Source: Oligoflexia bacterium (GTDB taxonomy: Bacteria > Bdellovibrionota > Bdellovibrionia > JABDDW01). From it: a stretch of DNA of 64,000 nucleotides. The stretch is taken from positions 67,093 to 131,092 of the forward strand of contig JAWXAT010000031.1 of assembly GCA_034439615.1 (NCBI GenBank), in the 5' to 3' direction. The notes beneath the pieces were generated by a model. It did no database searches. It saw only the letters and a program-made list of their open reading frames with translations, and was not told where the DNA came from. Positions 41,121 through 53,937 of the stretch are shown piece after piece. The stretch's first letter is position 1. Every line of letters begins with the position of its first letter. The position numbers were made by a program, and so were the translations under genes.

Positions 41121-42500
41121 ATGTTGGGTGATAACGAAACAATTGCAGCCATCGGAACGGCGAAAGGTGTTGGAGCTCTAGGGATCATCAGAGTCTCTGG
41201 GCTTCACACGCCTGAAATATTAGCCCGTTGTTTCGCGAGCAAACAATTCAAAGTACAAGAATCTCACACCGCAAGTTTTGGAGTTTGGAAAAACCCACGG
41301 ACACAAGAACCTGTTGATGAAGTTGTCGTTGTTAATTTCACTCAAGGGCGTGGGTATACTGGCGAAGCCGCGGCTGATATTATTTGCCACGGTGGGGTTC
41401 AAGTAACAGAGCTTGTTTTAAATGCAACACTTGATGCTGGCGCAAGACTTGCTCGCCCGGGTGAATTTACTTATCGAGCCGTAATGAACGGGAGACTTGA
41501 TTTATCTCAAGCAGAAAGTGTCTTAGAAATTATTTCTGCAAAATCACCAAGAGCCGCAGCCCTTGCGTTAAAAAATATTCAAGGCGCATTGTCTGAAAAA
41601 GCAACTCACATTGAAGCAGAGCTGATTTATCTTTTGGCAAATCTAGAGGCTTCAATTGATTTTACGACAGAAGATATTCAACCCGTATCCTTGGTTGAAA
41701 TGAATCAACGTTTAGAAAAAAGTTTAGATATTACAAAGCAACTTCTTAAATCATATGTCTCAACTCAAGTTGTGACCAGCGGGCTTCGCATGGCTATTAT
41801 TGGTAAGCCTAACGTTGGCAAATCAAGTCTTATGAATTCATTGTTGGGCAAAAAAAGAAGTATTGTGGCCGATCTTCCGGGCACCACACGAGATACAATT
41901 GAAGCTGAGTTTTCATTAGACGGATATCTTTTTAAGGCAATTGATACAGCTGGTTTAAGACAATCAGATAATTCTATCGAAAAAGAAGGCATTCAAAGGT
42001 CTTTAGATGAAATGACTTCTTCTGATTTAGTTTTGTATATCGCCGACGCAACTGTTGGTCTACAAAACGAAGACATTGAACATCTCAAAAATATTGGTTC
42101 AAAAAATGCGATCATTTGTTTTAACAAAGCAGATTTAAAAGGATTAGAAATTTCTCAAGAATTAGAAAAGTCTGGGCTGTTAGAATTTCCGACTGTTAAA
42201 ACTTCCGCAGTCACAGAAAATGGAATTGATGAATTAAAAAACAAATTACTCTCTCTCATTCATCAATCATCTAATTCAGAAATGAATTCAGTAGTCTCAA
42301 CACAAAGACAAAAAGAAGCATTAGAAGGTGCGCTTACGCACATGAGTAAAGCAAGTTCACTGATGCGAGAAAATGCATCTCCTGAATTTATTGCGTTTGA
42401 ATTAAAAGAAGCGCTTTTAAAAACTCAATCGCTCTTGGGCAAAAATGTTGGAGACGATGTTATGGATCAAGTCTTTAAACAATTTTGCATTGGTAAATGA
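41121..42500 (+). CDS. mnmE: tRNA modification GTPase MnmE
   Basis: 459 aa; G-domain GKPNVGKSSL, DTAG; C-terminal CIGK. Confidence 0.95.
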   Translation: MLGDNETIAAIGTAKGVGALGIIRVSGLHTPEILARCFASKQFKVQESHTASFGVWKNPRTQEPVDEVVVVNFTQGRGYTGEAAADIICHGGVQVTELVLNATLDAGARLARPGEFTYRAVMNGRLDLSQAESVLEIISAKSPRAAALALKNIQGALSEKATHIEAELIYLLANLEASIDFTTEDIQPVSLVEMNQRLEKSLDITKQLLKSYVSTQVVTSGLRMAIIGKPNVGKSSLMNSLLGKKRSIVADLPGTTRDTIEAEFSLDGYLFKAIDTAGLRQSDNSIEKEGIQRSLDEMTSSDLVLYIADATVGLQNEDIEHLKNIGSKNAIICFNKADLKGLEISQELEKSGLLEFPTVKTSAVTENGIDELKNKLLSLIHQSSNSEMNSVVSTQRQKEALEGALTHMSKASSLMRENASPEFIAFELKEALLKTQSLLGKNVGDDVMDQVFKQFCIGK

Positions 42501-44386
42501 CGATGAGTTCAAATCAATTTGATGTAATTGTAGTTGGTGCAGGACACGCGGGTTGTGAAGCAGCTCTTGCGAGTGCACGGCTTGGTTTAAAAACTGCGAT
42601 TATTACTACTAACATTGATCATATTGCTTACATGTCATGTAACCCAGCTGTTGGGGGCCTTGCAAAGGGTCACATTGTTCGAGAAATAGACGCTTTAGGT
42701 GGAGAAATGGGCGTTAATACTGACAAAGCGACCATACAATTTAAACGACTTAATACAAAAAAAGGCCCCGCAGTAAGGGCATCTAGATCACAATGTGATA
42801 AGTCGCTTTATTCTCAATTTATGAAAGATGTAATTTTCTCAACACAAAATTTATTTTCACTTCAAGCCGAAGTAAAACGTCTCGCCCTTGATGGTTCAAA
42901 ATGTGTTGGTATTATTACAGAAAAAAACGAAACCATTTTTGCTAAAGCCACGGTGATTACGACTGGTACTTTTATGAATGGCGTAATGCACGTTGGATTA
43001 AAACAAGAAAGCGGCGGACGCGCTGGTGATAAAGCAAGTATCGGGCTTAGTGAACATCTTAAGGAATTAGGGTTTACGGTAACGCGACTTAAAACCGGTA
43101 CACCGGCAAGACTTCATAAAAGAAGTATTGATTGGAGTAAAACCACTCCACAACCAGGGGACAAAACATTTTATCCATTTAGTCGAAAGACTGCGGGTCT
43201 TAATCTTCCACAAATAGAATGTTTTCTTTCTTATACGAATGAAAAAACCCATGAAATTATTCGTAAGAACCTTGATCGATCCCCTCTTTATTGCGGACTC
43301 ATCGAAGGTGTTGGACCAAGGTATTGCCCGAGCATTGAAGATAAAGTTGTGCGCTTTGCAGACAAAGATAGGCATCAAACTTTTTTAGAACCCGAAGGGC
43401 TTGATTCTGATTTGATTTATGTTCAAGGGATGTCTACAAGTTTGCCCGTTGATGTGCAGTATGATTTTTTAAGAACAATTCCCGGTTTAGAAAATGTTGA
43501 AATCATTCGCCCCGGTTATGCTGTTGAATATGATTTTATTCATCCAACACAGCTTCAAAAAACTCTTGAAACAAAAGCCATTGAAAATCTTTTTCTTGCA
43601 GGTCAAGTGAACGGGACCAGCGGTTATGAAGAGGCCGCGGGCCAGGGCTTTTGGGCAGGTGTGAATGCTGCACAGAAAATTCTTGAAAAAGAATCTATGA
43701 TTCTTAGACGAGACCAAGCCTATCTAGGTGTACTGATCGATGATCTCGTTACAAAGGGAACTCAAGAACCCTACCGAATGTTTACGTCTAGGGCAGAATA
43801 TCGACTTTTATTAAGAGAAGATAATACACTTGAAAGACTTTTGTCTGAAGGTAAGCGGCTTGGTCTGGTTTCAGATCGTGAGTTTGAAGCATACGAAAAG
43901 GTGCAAACTGAGTTTGATGAAATGAGACAGAAACTAAAATCTACAGTGATTGTTCCTAATGAAGAGAATTTAAAAAAACTCGACGCAATTGATACGCCGC
44001 GCATTGTTAAGCCAACTACTCTTGAAGAGCTGTTAAGAAGAGAAGAAATTGTTTTTGAAAATTTAAAAACGTTTGACGCTGAAATTAATGCAGATGGTCA
44101 AGTAATCGAGAAGGTTGAAATTGCAGTTAAGTACGAAGGCTATATTAAAAGACAAAACGAATTAGTTGAACAATCTCAAAGACTTGAAAATTTTAAAATT
44201 CCTGATAACTTCAATTTTCACAAAGTTACTGGATTTTCAAATGAAGAAAGAGAAAAACTAACGCACATTAAACCGATTACAGTTGGGCAAGCTTCGAGAA
44301 TCTCAGGTGTTAATCCTTCTGCAATTCAAGCTTTGTTGATACATTTAAAAGGTAAAGAGAAACTTAGAAACATTTCTTCACTTTAA
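42497..44386 (+). CDS. mnmG: tRNA uridine 5-carboxymethylaminomethyl modification enzyme MnmG
   Basis: 629 aa; FAD motif VVGAGHAGCEAA. Confidence 0.95.
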   Translation: MTMSSNQFDVIVVGAGHAGCEAALASARLGLKTAIITTNIDHIAYMSCNPAVGGLAKGHIVREIDALGGEMGVNTDKATIQFKRLNTKKGPAVRASRSQCDKSLYSQFMKDVIFSTQNLFSLQAEVKRLALDGSKCVGIITEKNETIFAKATVITTGTFMNGVMHVGLKQESGGRAGDKASIGLSEHLKELGFTVTRLKTGTPARLHKRSIDWSKTTPQPGDKTFYPFSRKTAGLNLPQIECFLSYTNEKTHEIIRKNLDRSPLYCGLIEGVGPRYCPSIEDKVVRFADKDRHQTFLEPEGLDSDLIYVQGMSTSLPVDVQYDFLRTIPGLENVEIIRPGYAVEYDFIHPTQLQKTLETKAIENLFLAGQVNGTSGYEEAAGQGFWAGVNAAQKILEKESMILRRDQAYLGVLIDDLVTKGTQEPYRMFTSRAEYRLLLREDNTLERLLSEGKRLGLVSDREFEAYEKVQTEFDEMRQKLKSTVIVPNEENLKKLDAIDTPRIVKPTTLEELLRREEIVFENLKTFDAEINADGQVIEKVEIAVKYEGYIKRQNELVEQSQRLENFKIPDNFNFHKVTGFSNEEREKLTHIKPITVGQASRISGVNPSAIQALLIHLKGKEKLRNISSL

Positions 44387-44410
44387 GTAAGTCATCTAAA
44401 TGAGGTCATT

Positions 44411-45076
44411 ATGGCAAACGCAGCACAATGGAGAATTAGAACTTGGTTTCCAGACCTTGATGAAAGGGCTTGTGAGCGATTACGTATTTTTCAGTTAGAA
44501 CTAATTCGAGTTCATCAAATTATATCTCTCATCTCTGCAAACACCTCTGAATTTGCAGATCGACTTCATTTTGCAGACTCAATACTAGGATGTCGCCTAA
44601 TTTTGCCCCAGATACTAAAAGAAAAGGAAATTTGGGATCTTGGTTCAGGTGGTGGATTCCCCGGAGTTATAATGGCAATCTTGCGACCCGATCTTCGCGT
44701 ACTATGCATTGATACAGATGAGAAAAAAACCGAGTTTATTAAAAACACAGCTAAAAGACTTGAACTAGACAATCTGACTGCGCGTAAATCAAGAGTAGAA
44801 GATATTGAAAAAGGCTCGATCTCTTGTGCGATGGAGCGTGGACTTGGATCAGTTGAGCGAAACTTAGGATTTGGTACAGAGCCATTTAGTTTAAACTGTC
44901 TTTTCTTTCATTTTAAGGGTTTAGAGTGGGAAAAAGAGATCTTAATTCAACCAAAAGTGATTTCCACGTGGAACATTTCAGTTTTAGGGCACTATAACCT
45001 ACCCACAGGAGATGAGACTCCTAAGTATCAAGCTCCTGACGTCAAAACCATTGTATTAACTAAAAAAATTAAATAA
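44411..45076 (+). CDS. rsmG: 16S rRNA m7G527 methyltransferase RsmG
   Basis: 221 aa; SAM motif DLGSGGGFPGV. Confidence 0.85.
   Translation: MANAAQWRIRTWFPDLDERACERLRIFQLELIRVHQIISLISANTSEFADRLHFADSILGCRLILPQILKEKEIWDLGSGGGFPGVIMAILRPDLRVLCIDTDEKKTEFIKNTAKRLELDNLTARKSRVEDIEKGSISCAMERGLGSVERNLGFGTEPFSLNCLFFHFKGLEWEKEILIQPKVISTWNISVLGHYNLPTGDETPKYQAPDVKTIVLTKKIK
44960..44975. promoter_or_regulatory. parS-like half-degenerate palindrome ATTTCCACGTGGAACA (14/16 to the downstream site) inside the rsmG 3' end
   Basis: Shares TTCCACGTGGAACA core with the site at 45608. Confidence 0.4.
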
Positions 45077-45082
45077 TTCGAA

Positions 45083-45556
45083 TTAATGTGAAGCAGATGT
45101 TGGTAGTCTTTTTTTGATTCGATTTTGTGGATCCCACTCCCGAGGAGCATTTTTTAAGCGTTTTTCTACTAAATATAGGCTGTATTCATCAGTATCGGGC
45201 CACGGTTTTTTCTCTTCAAAGACTTTAGGATAGATTTTTCGAACCTCTTTTAAGCGCGAATTCGTTTTTATGGCTAAATAGCGGTAATTCTCTTCCATTT
45301 TATCTAATTTATTGAGGAATCGATAATAATCACTATGCGCATCTTGCTTCTGCTTAGAACGAATTGGCGCAGTCTCGTATTCTTGCTTAGTTTTAGCTAA
45401 TTCTTTTTGTTCGGATCTAATTTTCTGCAGTAAAGCATCTTTATCTTTTTTGAGATCTATATAAATAGGATCTACGCTCTCAGGGTGCGAAAGCGGTCTA
45501 TTACAACCTGTACATAAAATTAAAATGGCTAGAGCCATTAATAATGAACGGTTCAT
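45083..45556 (-). CDS. Lipoprotein of unknown function
   Basis: 157 aa; lipobox LCTGC; charged coiled-coil-like body. Confidence 0.5.
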   Translation of the reverse strand: MNRSLLMALAILILCTGCNRPLSHPESVDPIYIDLKKDKDALLQKIRSEQKELAKTKQEYETAPIRSKQKQDAHSDYYRFLNKLDKMEENYRYLAIKTNSRLKEVRKIYPKVFEEKKPWPDTDEYSLYLVEKRLKNAPREWDPQNRIKKRLPTSASH

Positions 45557-45607
45557 TCCATTTAATTAATCGGTATTTCAATTTTAAAACTTTATAGGAC
45601 CAAGGAA

Positions 45608-45623
45608 TGTTCCACGTGGAACA
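45608..45623. promoter_or_regulatory. Perfect 16-bp palindrome TGTTCCACGTGGAACA, parS-like (consensus TGTTNCACGTGAAACA), 145 bp upstream of parA
   Basis: Symmetric variant of the parS consensus; location next to parAB. Confidence 0.6.
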
Positions 45624-45767
45624 AATTGAGGTATTCAGACTCCAACCGACTCCAATCGGTAACGAAATGATGAGAATTTGGATATTTATCATTAGAAAAG
45701 TTGCATTTAATTTCTACCCTGTAATAATGGATTCAGATTAAACGCCAAAAAAGCCACAGGAGGGTGA

Positions 45768-46553
45768 ATGAGTAGAACAATTTGCATAGCCAATCAAAAA
45801 GGTGGCGTAGGCAAAACAACCACTTCGGTTAACCTTGCAGCGTCACTAGCCAAATCTGGTAAGTCAGTACTACTCATAGATTTAGATCCACAAGGAAATG
45901 CCTCCAGTGGGTTAGGCATAAAACGCCATGAATTCAATGATAAGAACATTTATCATGTACTCATTGGCCAAATGAGTATCAACCAAGCCAAAACAGCCAC
46001 TTCGGTGGCTAACCTCGATCTAGTAGTCGCAAATAGTGATCTAATTGGAGCAGAGATTGAACTTGTTGACGCGGAGAGTCGCGAATACAGATTAAAAAAC
46101 GCCTTAGTTGAAGTGGCAAACGCCTATCAATTTGTAATTATAGATTGTCCGCCCTCATTAGGACTACTCACTGTAAATGCATTAACTGCCGCAAATACAT
46201 TTTTGGTTCCACTTCAGTGTGAATACTACGCGCTTGAAGGTTTGAGCCAATTACTCAATACAGCGGGCCTCATTAAGAAGAAATTAAATCCTGACTTACG
46301 AATTGAGGGCATTGTACTCACAATGTTTGATGCTCGTAATAATTTAAGTCACCAAGTTGTGAGCGAAATTCAAACTCATTTTGGCGATAAAGTTTTTAAA
46401 TCAATCATTCCTCGTAACGTACGTTTAAGCGAAGCCCCTAGTCACGGAAAACCAATTTTAGATTATGACGAAAAATCAATCGGTGCTCGTCGTTATTCAG
46501 AACTAGCGGATGAACTTGTCCGTCGCATTCAAGGAGTACAACTCAATGGCTGA
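45768..46553 (+). CDS. parA: Chromosome partitioning ATPase ParA
   Basis: 261 aa; deviant Walker A KGGVGKTT. Confidence 0.9.
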   Translation: MSRTICIANQKGGVGKTTTSVNLAASLAKSGKSVLLIDLDPQGNASSGLGIKRHEFNDKNIYHVLIGQMSINQAKTATSVANLDLVVANSDLIGAEIELVDAESREYRLKNALVEVANAYQFVIIDCPPSLGLLTVNALTAANTFLVPLQCEYYALEGLSQLLNTAGLIKKKLNPDLRIEGIVLTMFDARNNLSHQVVSEIQTHFGDKVFKSIIPRNVRLSEAPSHGKPILDYDEKSIGARRYSELADELVRRIQGVQLNG

Positions 46554-47508
46554 ATCAAAAGAACCTCAAAAGCGCTCATTGGGCCGTGGATTAAGTAGTC
46601 TTTTTGGAGATGACGTTGTTGATGAATTTCGAAGCACACCTCCGGGAACGCCGCTTGTGGCGCCACTTTCAGCGCCTATTAAACAAGCATTAACTGCGGA
46701 GTTTGCAGATAATATTCCTGATAATCAACGAGTATGGCAAATCGATATTGAGAAACTGGCTGCCAATGTTTATCAACCACGTAAGCAGTTTGTTTCTGAA
46801 AAAATTCAAGAACTCGCAGCATCTATTAAAGAAAAAGGAATTTTACAGCCAATCGTTGCTCGTAAAATCGGACAAGATCAATTTGAAATTATCGCAGGCG
46901 AAAGACGCTGGAGAGCGGCACAATTAGCTGGATTACAAAAAGTTCCTGTTATTTTAAAGGAAGTACAAAATCAAGAAAGCTTAGAACTGGCACTTATAGA
47001 AAATCTTCAGCGCCATGATTTAAATCCCATTGAAGAAGGCGAAGCTTTTCAGCAACTTTGCGATGAATTTGGTCTTAGTCAGCAAGAAGTTGCACAAAAA
47101 GTCGGAAAAGATCGTGCAACTGTTGCAAATACGCTGCGTCTTCTTGGTCTTTCTCCAGAGGTAAAGCAAATGCTCGCGCAAGGTGAAATTTCAGCCGGCC
47201 ATGCAAAAGCACTTTTAGCTTTAACGGATCCGATTAAACAAAGAGAGTTAGCGAAAAAAATAACAAGTGAAAAACTAACTGTAAGAGCCGCTGAGAAGCT
47301 TGTCCAAACCGCCACAAAACGCTCGGCCAATGCACAAGGGTTAGAGGTAAATGTTGCGGCCAAGCTAGTCAAAGGTCTTCAAGATGACCTCGCAAAGACC
47401 CTAGGAACAAAAGTTGAAATCGCCTACAATAAAGGCCAGGGTACGATATCAGTGAAATTCTACAGCGATGAAGATCTGACTCGCATTATTGAACGCATCA
47501 AAAGATAG
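46546..47508 (+). CDS. parB: Chromosome partitioning protein ParB
   Basis: ParB box GERRWRAAQLAG, HTH; ATG 46546 overlaps parA stop by 8 nt. Confidence 0.9.
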   Translation: MAESKEPQKRSLGRGLSSLFGDDVVDEFRSTPPGTPLVAPLSAPIKQALTAEFADNIPDNQRVWQIDIEKLAANVYQPRKQFVSEKIQELAASIKEKGILQPIVARKIGQDQFEIIAGERRWRAAQLAGLQKVPVILKEVQNQESLELALIENLQRHDLNPIEEGEAFQQLCDEFGLSQQEVAQKVGKDRATVANTLRLLGLSPEVKQMLAQGEISAGHAKALLALTDPIKQRELAKKITSEKLTVRAAEKLVQTATKRSANAQGLEVNVAAKLVKGLQDDLAKTLGTKVEIAYNKGQGTISVKFYSDEDLTRIIERIKR

Positions 47509-47516
47509 GAATTAAA

Positions 47517-47891
47517 TTGGCCCACTTTCATATTGTAAAACCACCTCAACCGCCCGAACCAGAAACTGGAACCATTAATGCTGTTTTAGATAAAGGTGCG
47601 GAATTTGAAGGAAAGCTTACTTTTGAGGGTACCGTTCGTATTGGTGGAAAATTTAAAGGCGAAATATTTACAAATGACGTGCTTGTGATCAGTGAGGGCG
47701 CTGAAGTAACAGCGCAAATTGACGCAGCGGTGGTGATCGTTTCTGGCGTCGTAAACGGAAATATCTTTGCTCGTGAACGTGTTGTTGCGCATCCTCCTGC
47801 AGTAATTAGGGGGACAGTTACAACGCCCCGTCTCAGAATTGATGAAGGAGTTGTTTTTGAAGGTTCAACCAGTATGCCTCGAGATAATTAA
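47517..47891 (+). CDS. Bactofilin (DUF583) cytoskeletal protein
   Basis: 124 aa; beta-helical repeat pattern with Pro-rich N-terminus; TTG start. Confidence 0.8.
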   Translation: MAHFHIVKPPQPPEPETGTINAVLDKGAEFEGKLTFEGTVRIGGKFKGEIFTNDVLVISEGAEVTAQIDAAVVIVSGVVNGNIFARERVVAHPPAVIRGTVTTPRLRIDEGVVFEGSTSMPRDN

Positions 47892-48006
47892 TCACATCTA
47901 AGCTCTTGGAAGTTTATAAGAAATTTAGTTGACCGCACCCGCCCTTCCTATGTAAAACCGCAGCCAAAAGCACACACGCTTAATAACCCTTTAACGAAAA
48001 CGACGG

Positions 48007-48450
48007 ATGGAAATACTCGCACAACTTGGCGTTAACCAAACTCTATGGATACAGCTGGCATTTTTTATTGTCGCCTATCTAATGCTTTCCAATTTTTTAT
48101 TTAAGCCTTATCGGCGCAATCTAGAATACAGAAAAAAGAATACGAGCGGCACTGTTGAGGAAGCCACAAAACTTACAGCTTCAACAGAAGGTTTGGCGAT
48201 GGATTATCAAGGTCGCATGAAACGTCATAATGAAAGTGCGGCTGATATATATAATGTTCTAAAGAGCGAGGGTCATGCAGAAGAAGAAAAACTTCTTCTG
48301 CAAGCGCGTGAACGTGCAAATTTATTAATTGAGCAGGCTAGAAAAAAAATCAGCACAGACATGGTCACAGCGCGTGAAGGTTTGAGAGCGCAGGTTCCAC
48401 AATTAAGCAGCACCATAGCTAGTCAAGTATTGGGTCGGGACATCAAGTGA
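48007..48450 (+). CDS. atpF2: F0F1 ATP synthase subunit b' (second b-type subunit)
   Basis: 147 aa; single N-terminal TM then charged coiled coil; precedes atpF. Confidence 0.6.
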   Translation: MEILAQLGVNQTLWIQLAFFIVAYLMLSNFLFKPYRRNLEYRKKNTSGTVEEATKLTASTEGLAMDYQGRMKRHNESAADIYNVLKSEGHAEEEKLLLQARERANLLIEQARKKISTDMVTAREGLRAQVPQLSSTIASQVLGRDIK

Positions 48451-49043
48451 TAAAAAATAAAAACAAAGACCGTATTTTTTTACTAACACTTCTCACAGCG
48501 ATGATTGTTGTTAGCCTTGCAGCATTTGCTGAAAGTGGTAGCCATGCAAGTGGTGCAAATCACGGCGTACCAAAGATTGTTTATTACCAAGCGCTTAATT
48601 TTTTTGGTCTTCTAATCATTTTATATTTCGTCGTAAAAAATAAAGTCAGTGGTTATTTTTCTGCTCGTCATAAAACGTTGACTGCGGCGATCACAGAAGC
48701 CCAGCGCATGAGAACTGAAGCGGCGAAAATGCATGAAGAGTATTCTGTTAAAATTCAAAATCTTGAGCGTGAAGCCGGGCAAATGCTAGAGCAGATGAAG
48801 CTTGAGGGTAAAGAAGCAAAACAAAGATTATTAGATGAAGCGAAAAAACTTGTAGAAAATATCGAGCGTGAAGCAAAAAGAACTGCACAAAATGAACTTG
48901 ATAGAGCAAAAGCAGAACTTTATGACGACGTACTTCAACAGGCCTTAGATGGTGCTCGCACACTGCTTACCAACACGGTCGTTGATAACGATCAACGACG
49001 ACTTCAAAAAGAATTCGTAGAGAAAATTGAGGCTGTGCAATGA
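48447..49043 (+). CDS. atpF: F0F1 ATP synthase subunit b
   Basis: 198 aa; N-terminal TM plus long charged helix. Confidence 0.7.
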   Translation: MIKNKNKDRIFLLTLLTAMIVVSLAAFAESGSHASGANHGVPKIVYYQALNFFGLLIILYFVVKNKVSGYFSARHKTLTAAITEAQRMRTEAAKMHEEYSVKIQNLEREAGQMLEQMKLEGKEAKQRLLDEAKKLVENIEREAKRTAQNELDRAKAELYDDVLQQALDGARTLLTNTVVDNDQRRLQKEFVEKIEAVQ

Positions 49044-49591
49044 AATCACAAGAAGCATCACAGCGATATGCTCGCGCGCTCTATAAGCTTGCCGCTGAAA
49101 CCAAACAAGTAGAGTTAATACTTAATGAAGTTCGCGAATTTAACTTAAGTTTGGAAAAAGACACAGAAGTGCACTCTTTTTTTACGGGGCCTTCGGTGCG
49201 ATCAGAAAATCAGAAAAAAGTTTTAGACGCACTTTTTGAAAAGAAAAATTTCTCAGAAGCTGTTCGTGGATTTTTATTACTACTCGCAGACAAAAGACGA
49301 TTTTCTTTATTGCCAGGAATAGTTGCATCTTTAGAGGCTGCGGTTGATGCCTCAAGTGGAATTTCTCGAGGCAGCGTAGAGAGTGCAACTACATTATTTC
49401 CTGAGGAAAGACAAAAACTCGAAGCAACAATTTCACGCTATACGGGTAAAAAAGCAGTTTTGGAATACGACGAAAATAAAAAACTCCTTGGCGGCCTTGT
49501 CGCTCAAGTGGGTAGCTTTAGATTTGATGACAGTCTTGAGACGCAATTGCGTCTTATGAAAGATGCTTTAAAAAATAGGAGAGCCAACTAA
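49040..49591 (+). CDS. atpH: F0F1 ATP synthase subunit delta (OSCP)
   Basis: 183 aa; operon position and OSCP-like sequence. Confidence 0.8.
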   Translation: MKSQEASQRYARALYKLAAETKQVELILNEVREFNLSLEKDTEVHSFFTGPSVRSENQKKVLDALFEKKNFSEAVRGFLLLLADKRRFSLLPGIVASLEAAVDASSGISRGSVESATTLFPEERQKLEATISRYTGKKAVLEYDENKKLLGGLVAQVGSFRFDDSLETQLRLMKDALKNRRAN

Positions 49592-51111
<1,520 letters not shown>

Positions 51112-51121
51112 GGACTAATCC

Positions 51122-52027
51122 GTGCCAAACATGAAGGATATCCGTAAAAAGATATCGAGCACAAAAAACACGCAGCAAATTACAAAGGCCATGAAAATGG
51201 TTTCTGCTGCAAAGCTTCGACGAGCGCAAAATGCGATCGTGAATGCTCGTCCTTATGCATATAAGTTGCACTCAGTTATTTCGCGACTTGCATCGAGTGG
51301 AAGTTTTGGACACCCATTAATGGCGCAAGTTGAAAATCCGAAAAAACTTTTACTAGTTGTTTTAACCTCAGATCGTGGACTTTGCGGCGCATTTAACAGT
51401 GGTATTATCAAGTTCACAGAGCGTTATCACAGAGCTAATAAATCAAAATATGAAATAATTAATTTCATATTTGTAGGCCGTCGTGGACATGATTATTTTA
51501 GGAAGCGAGATATTCAAGCGGTTGATACAATTACAAATCTTGTGAGCCAAATTAAATTTGATTTAGCATCAGATCTTGCAGATCGTTTGATGAATGAATT
51601 CACAGCCGGTGGTTACGACGAAGTAAAAGTGGTTTACAATGAATTTAAATCTGCAATTAGTCAAAAAGTCATTGCTGAGACACTACTGCCTATTCAGCCT
51701 TTAAAAGCGGAAGAGACTATAAACGCAAATTCTGAAGATATAATTGAGAGTGAAGATGCTGTTTTAGCGGCTAATTATATTTTTGAACCATCACCTGAAA
51801 AAATTCTAACTCAACTTTTACCAAAGCATTTCGCTATTCAAATTTACAGAGCAATGCTTGAGAGTATTGCAAGCGAACATGGTTCACGAATGTCAGCTAT
51901 GGATGGGGCGACTCGCAATGCGGGTCAAATGATTAAAAAACTGACACTCAGTTATAATAAATTAAGACAAGCAGCTATTACTAAAGAATTGATGGAAATT
52001 GTCAGCGGCGCTGAAGCCCTGAAATAA
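51122..52027 (+). CDS. atpG: F0F1 ATP synthase subunit gamma
   Basis: 301 aa; KDIRKKISSTKNTQQITKAMKMVSAAKLRRAQ canonical N-terminus; GTG 51122 or ATG 51131. Confidence 0.9.
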   Translation: MPNMKDIRKKISSTKNTQQITKAMKMVSAAKLRRAQNAIVNARPYAYKLHSVISRLASSGSFGHPLMAQVENPKKLLLVVLTSDRGLCGAFNSGIIKFTERYHRANKSKYEIINFIFVGRRGHDYFRKRDIQAVDTITNLVSQIKFDLASDLADRLMNEFTAGGYDEVKVVYNEFKSAISQKVIAETLLPIQPLKAEETINANSEDIIESEDAVLAANYIFEPSPEKILTQLLPKHFAIQIYRAMLESIASEHGSRMSAMDGATRNAGQMIKKLTLSYNKLRQAAITKELMEIVSGAEALK

Positions 52028-52072
52028 TGGTGCGGGGTTAGTTAGCCCCTACCCAGCTAAGGAGATTTTTAA

Positions 52073-53478
<1,406 letters not shown>

Positions 53479-53479
<1 letters not shown>

Positions 53480-53919
53480 TGCTGCAATTGTCTTTGGTGA
53501 CACCCTCTAAGAAATTGTTAACAGATGTCGAAGTGGAGTCTGTGTTCGTGCCCGCTCATCGAGGCGAACTTAATATTTTAGAAGGACACGCTCCACTCAT
53601 GTCTACTCTTGAAACAGGAATTCTTCGTTATAAGTTACCAAATGAAAATAAATTTAACTTAGTGGCAATTAGTTGGGGATATCTTGAAGTATCTAAAGAC
53701 AGAATTGCGGTTTTAGCTGAAACGGCGGAGACAGTAGAAGAGATTGATGTTGAGCGTGCGCGAGCGGCACTATCAAAAGCAGAAAAAGCGCTTACAAGTA
53801 CGGATCTTGAGCAAGGTGATTTTAAAAAACAACAACTTAAACTTCAAAGAGCCATCATTCGTACACAACTTACGGGTGGAGATGACATGACTGCGGCTGC
53901 TGAGAAAAAAGGTCACTAA
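53479..53919 (+). CDS. atpC: F0F1 ATP synthase subunit epsilon
   Basis: 146 aa; TAATG overlap with atpD. Confidence 0.9.
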
Positions 53920-53937
53920 ACCATTACTCTTCTTTGT

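Noticed and set aside
45083-45556. Lipoprotein gene between the two parS-like sites as part of the partition system
   Set aside because: It has no recognisable link to ParAB. Its placement between the palindromes may be incidental.
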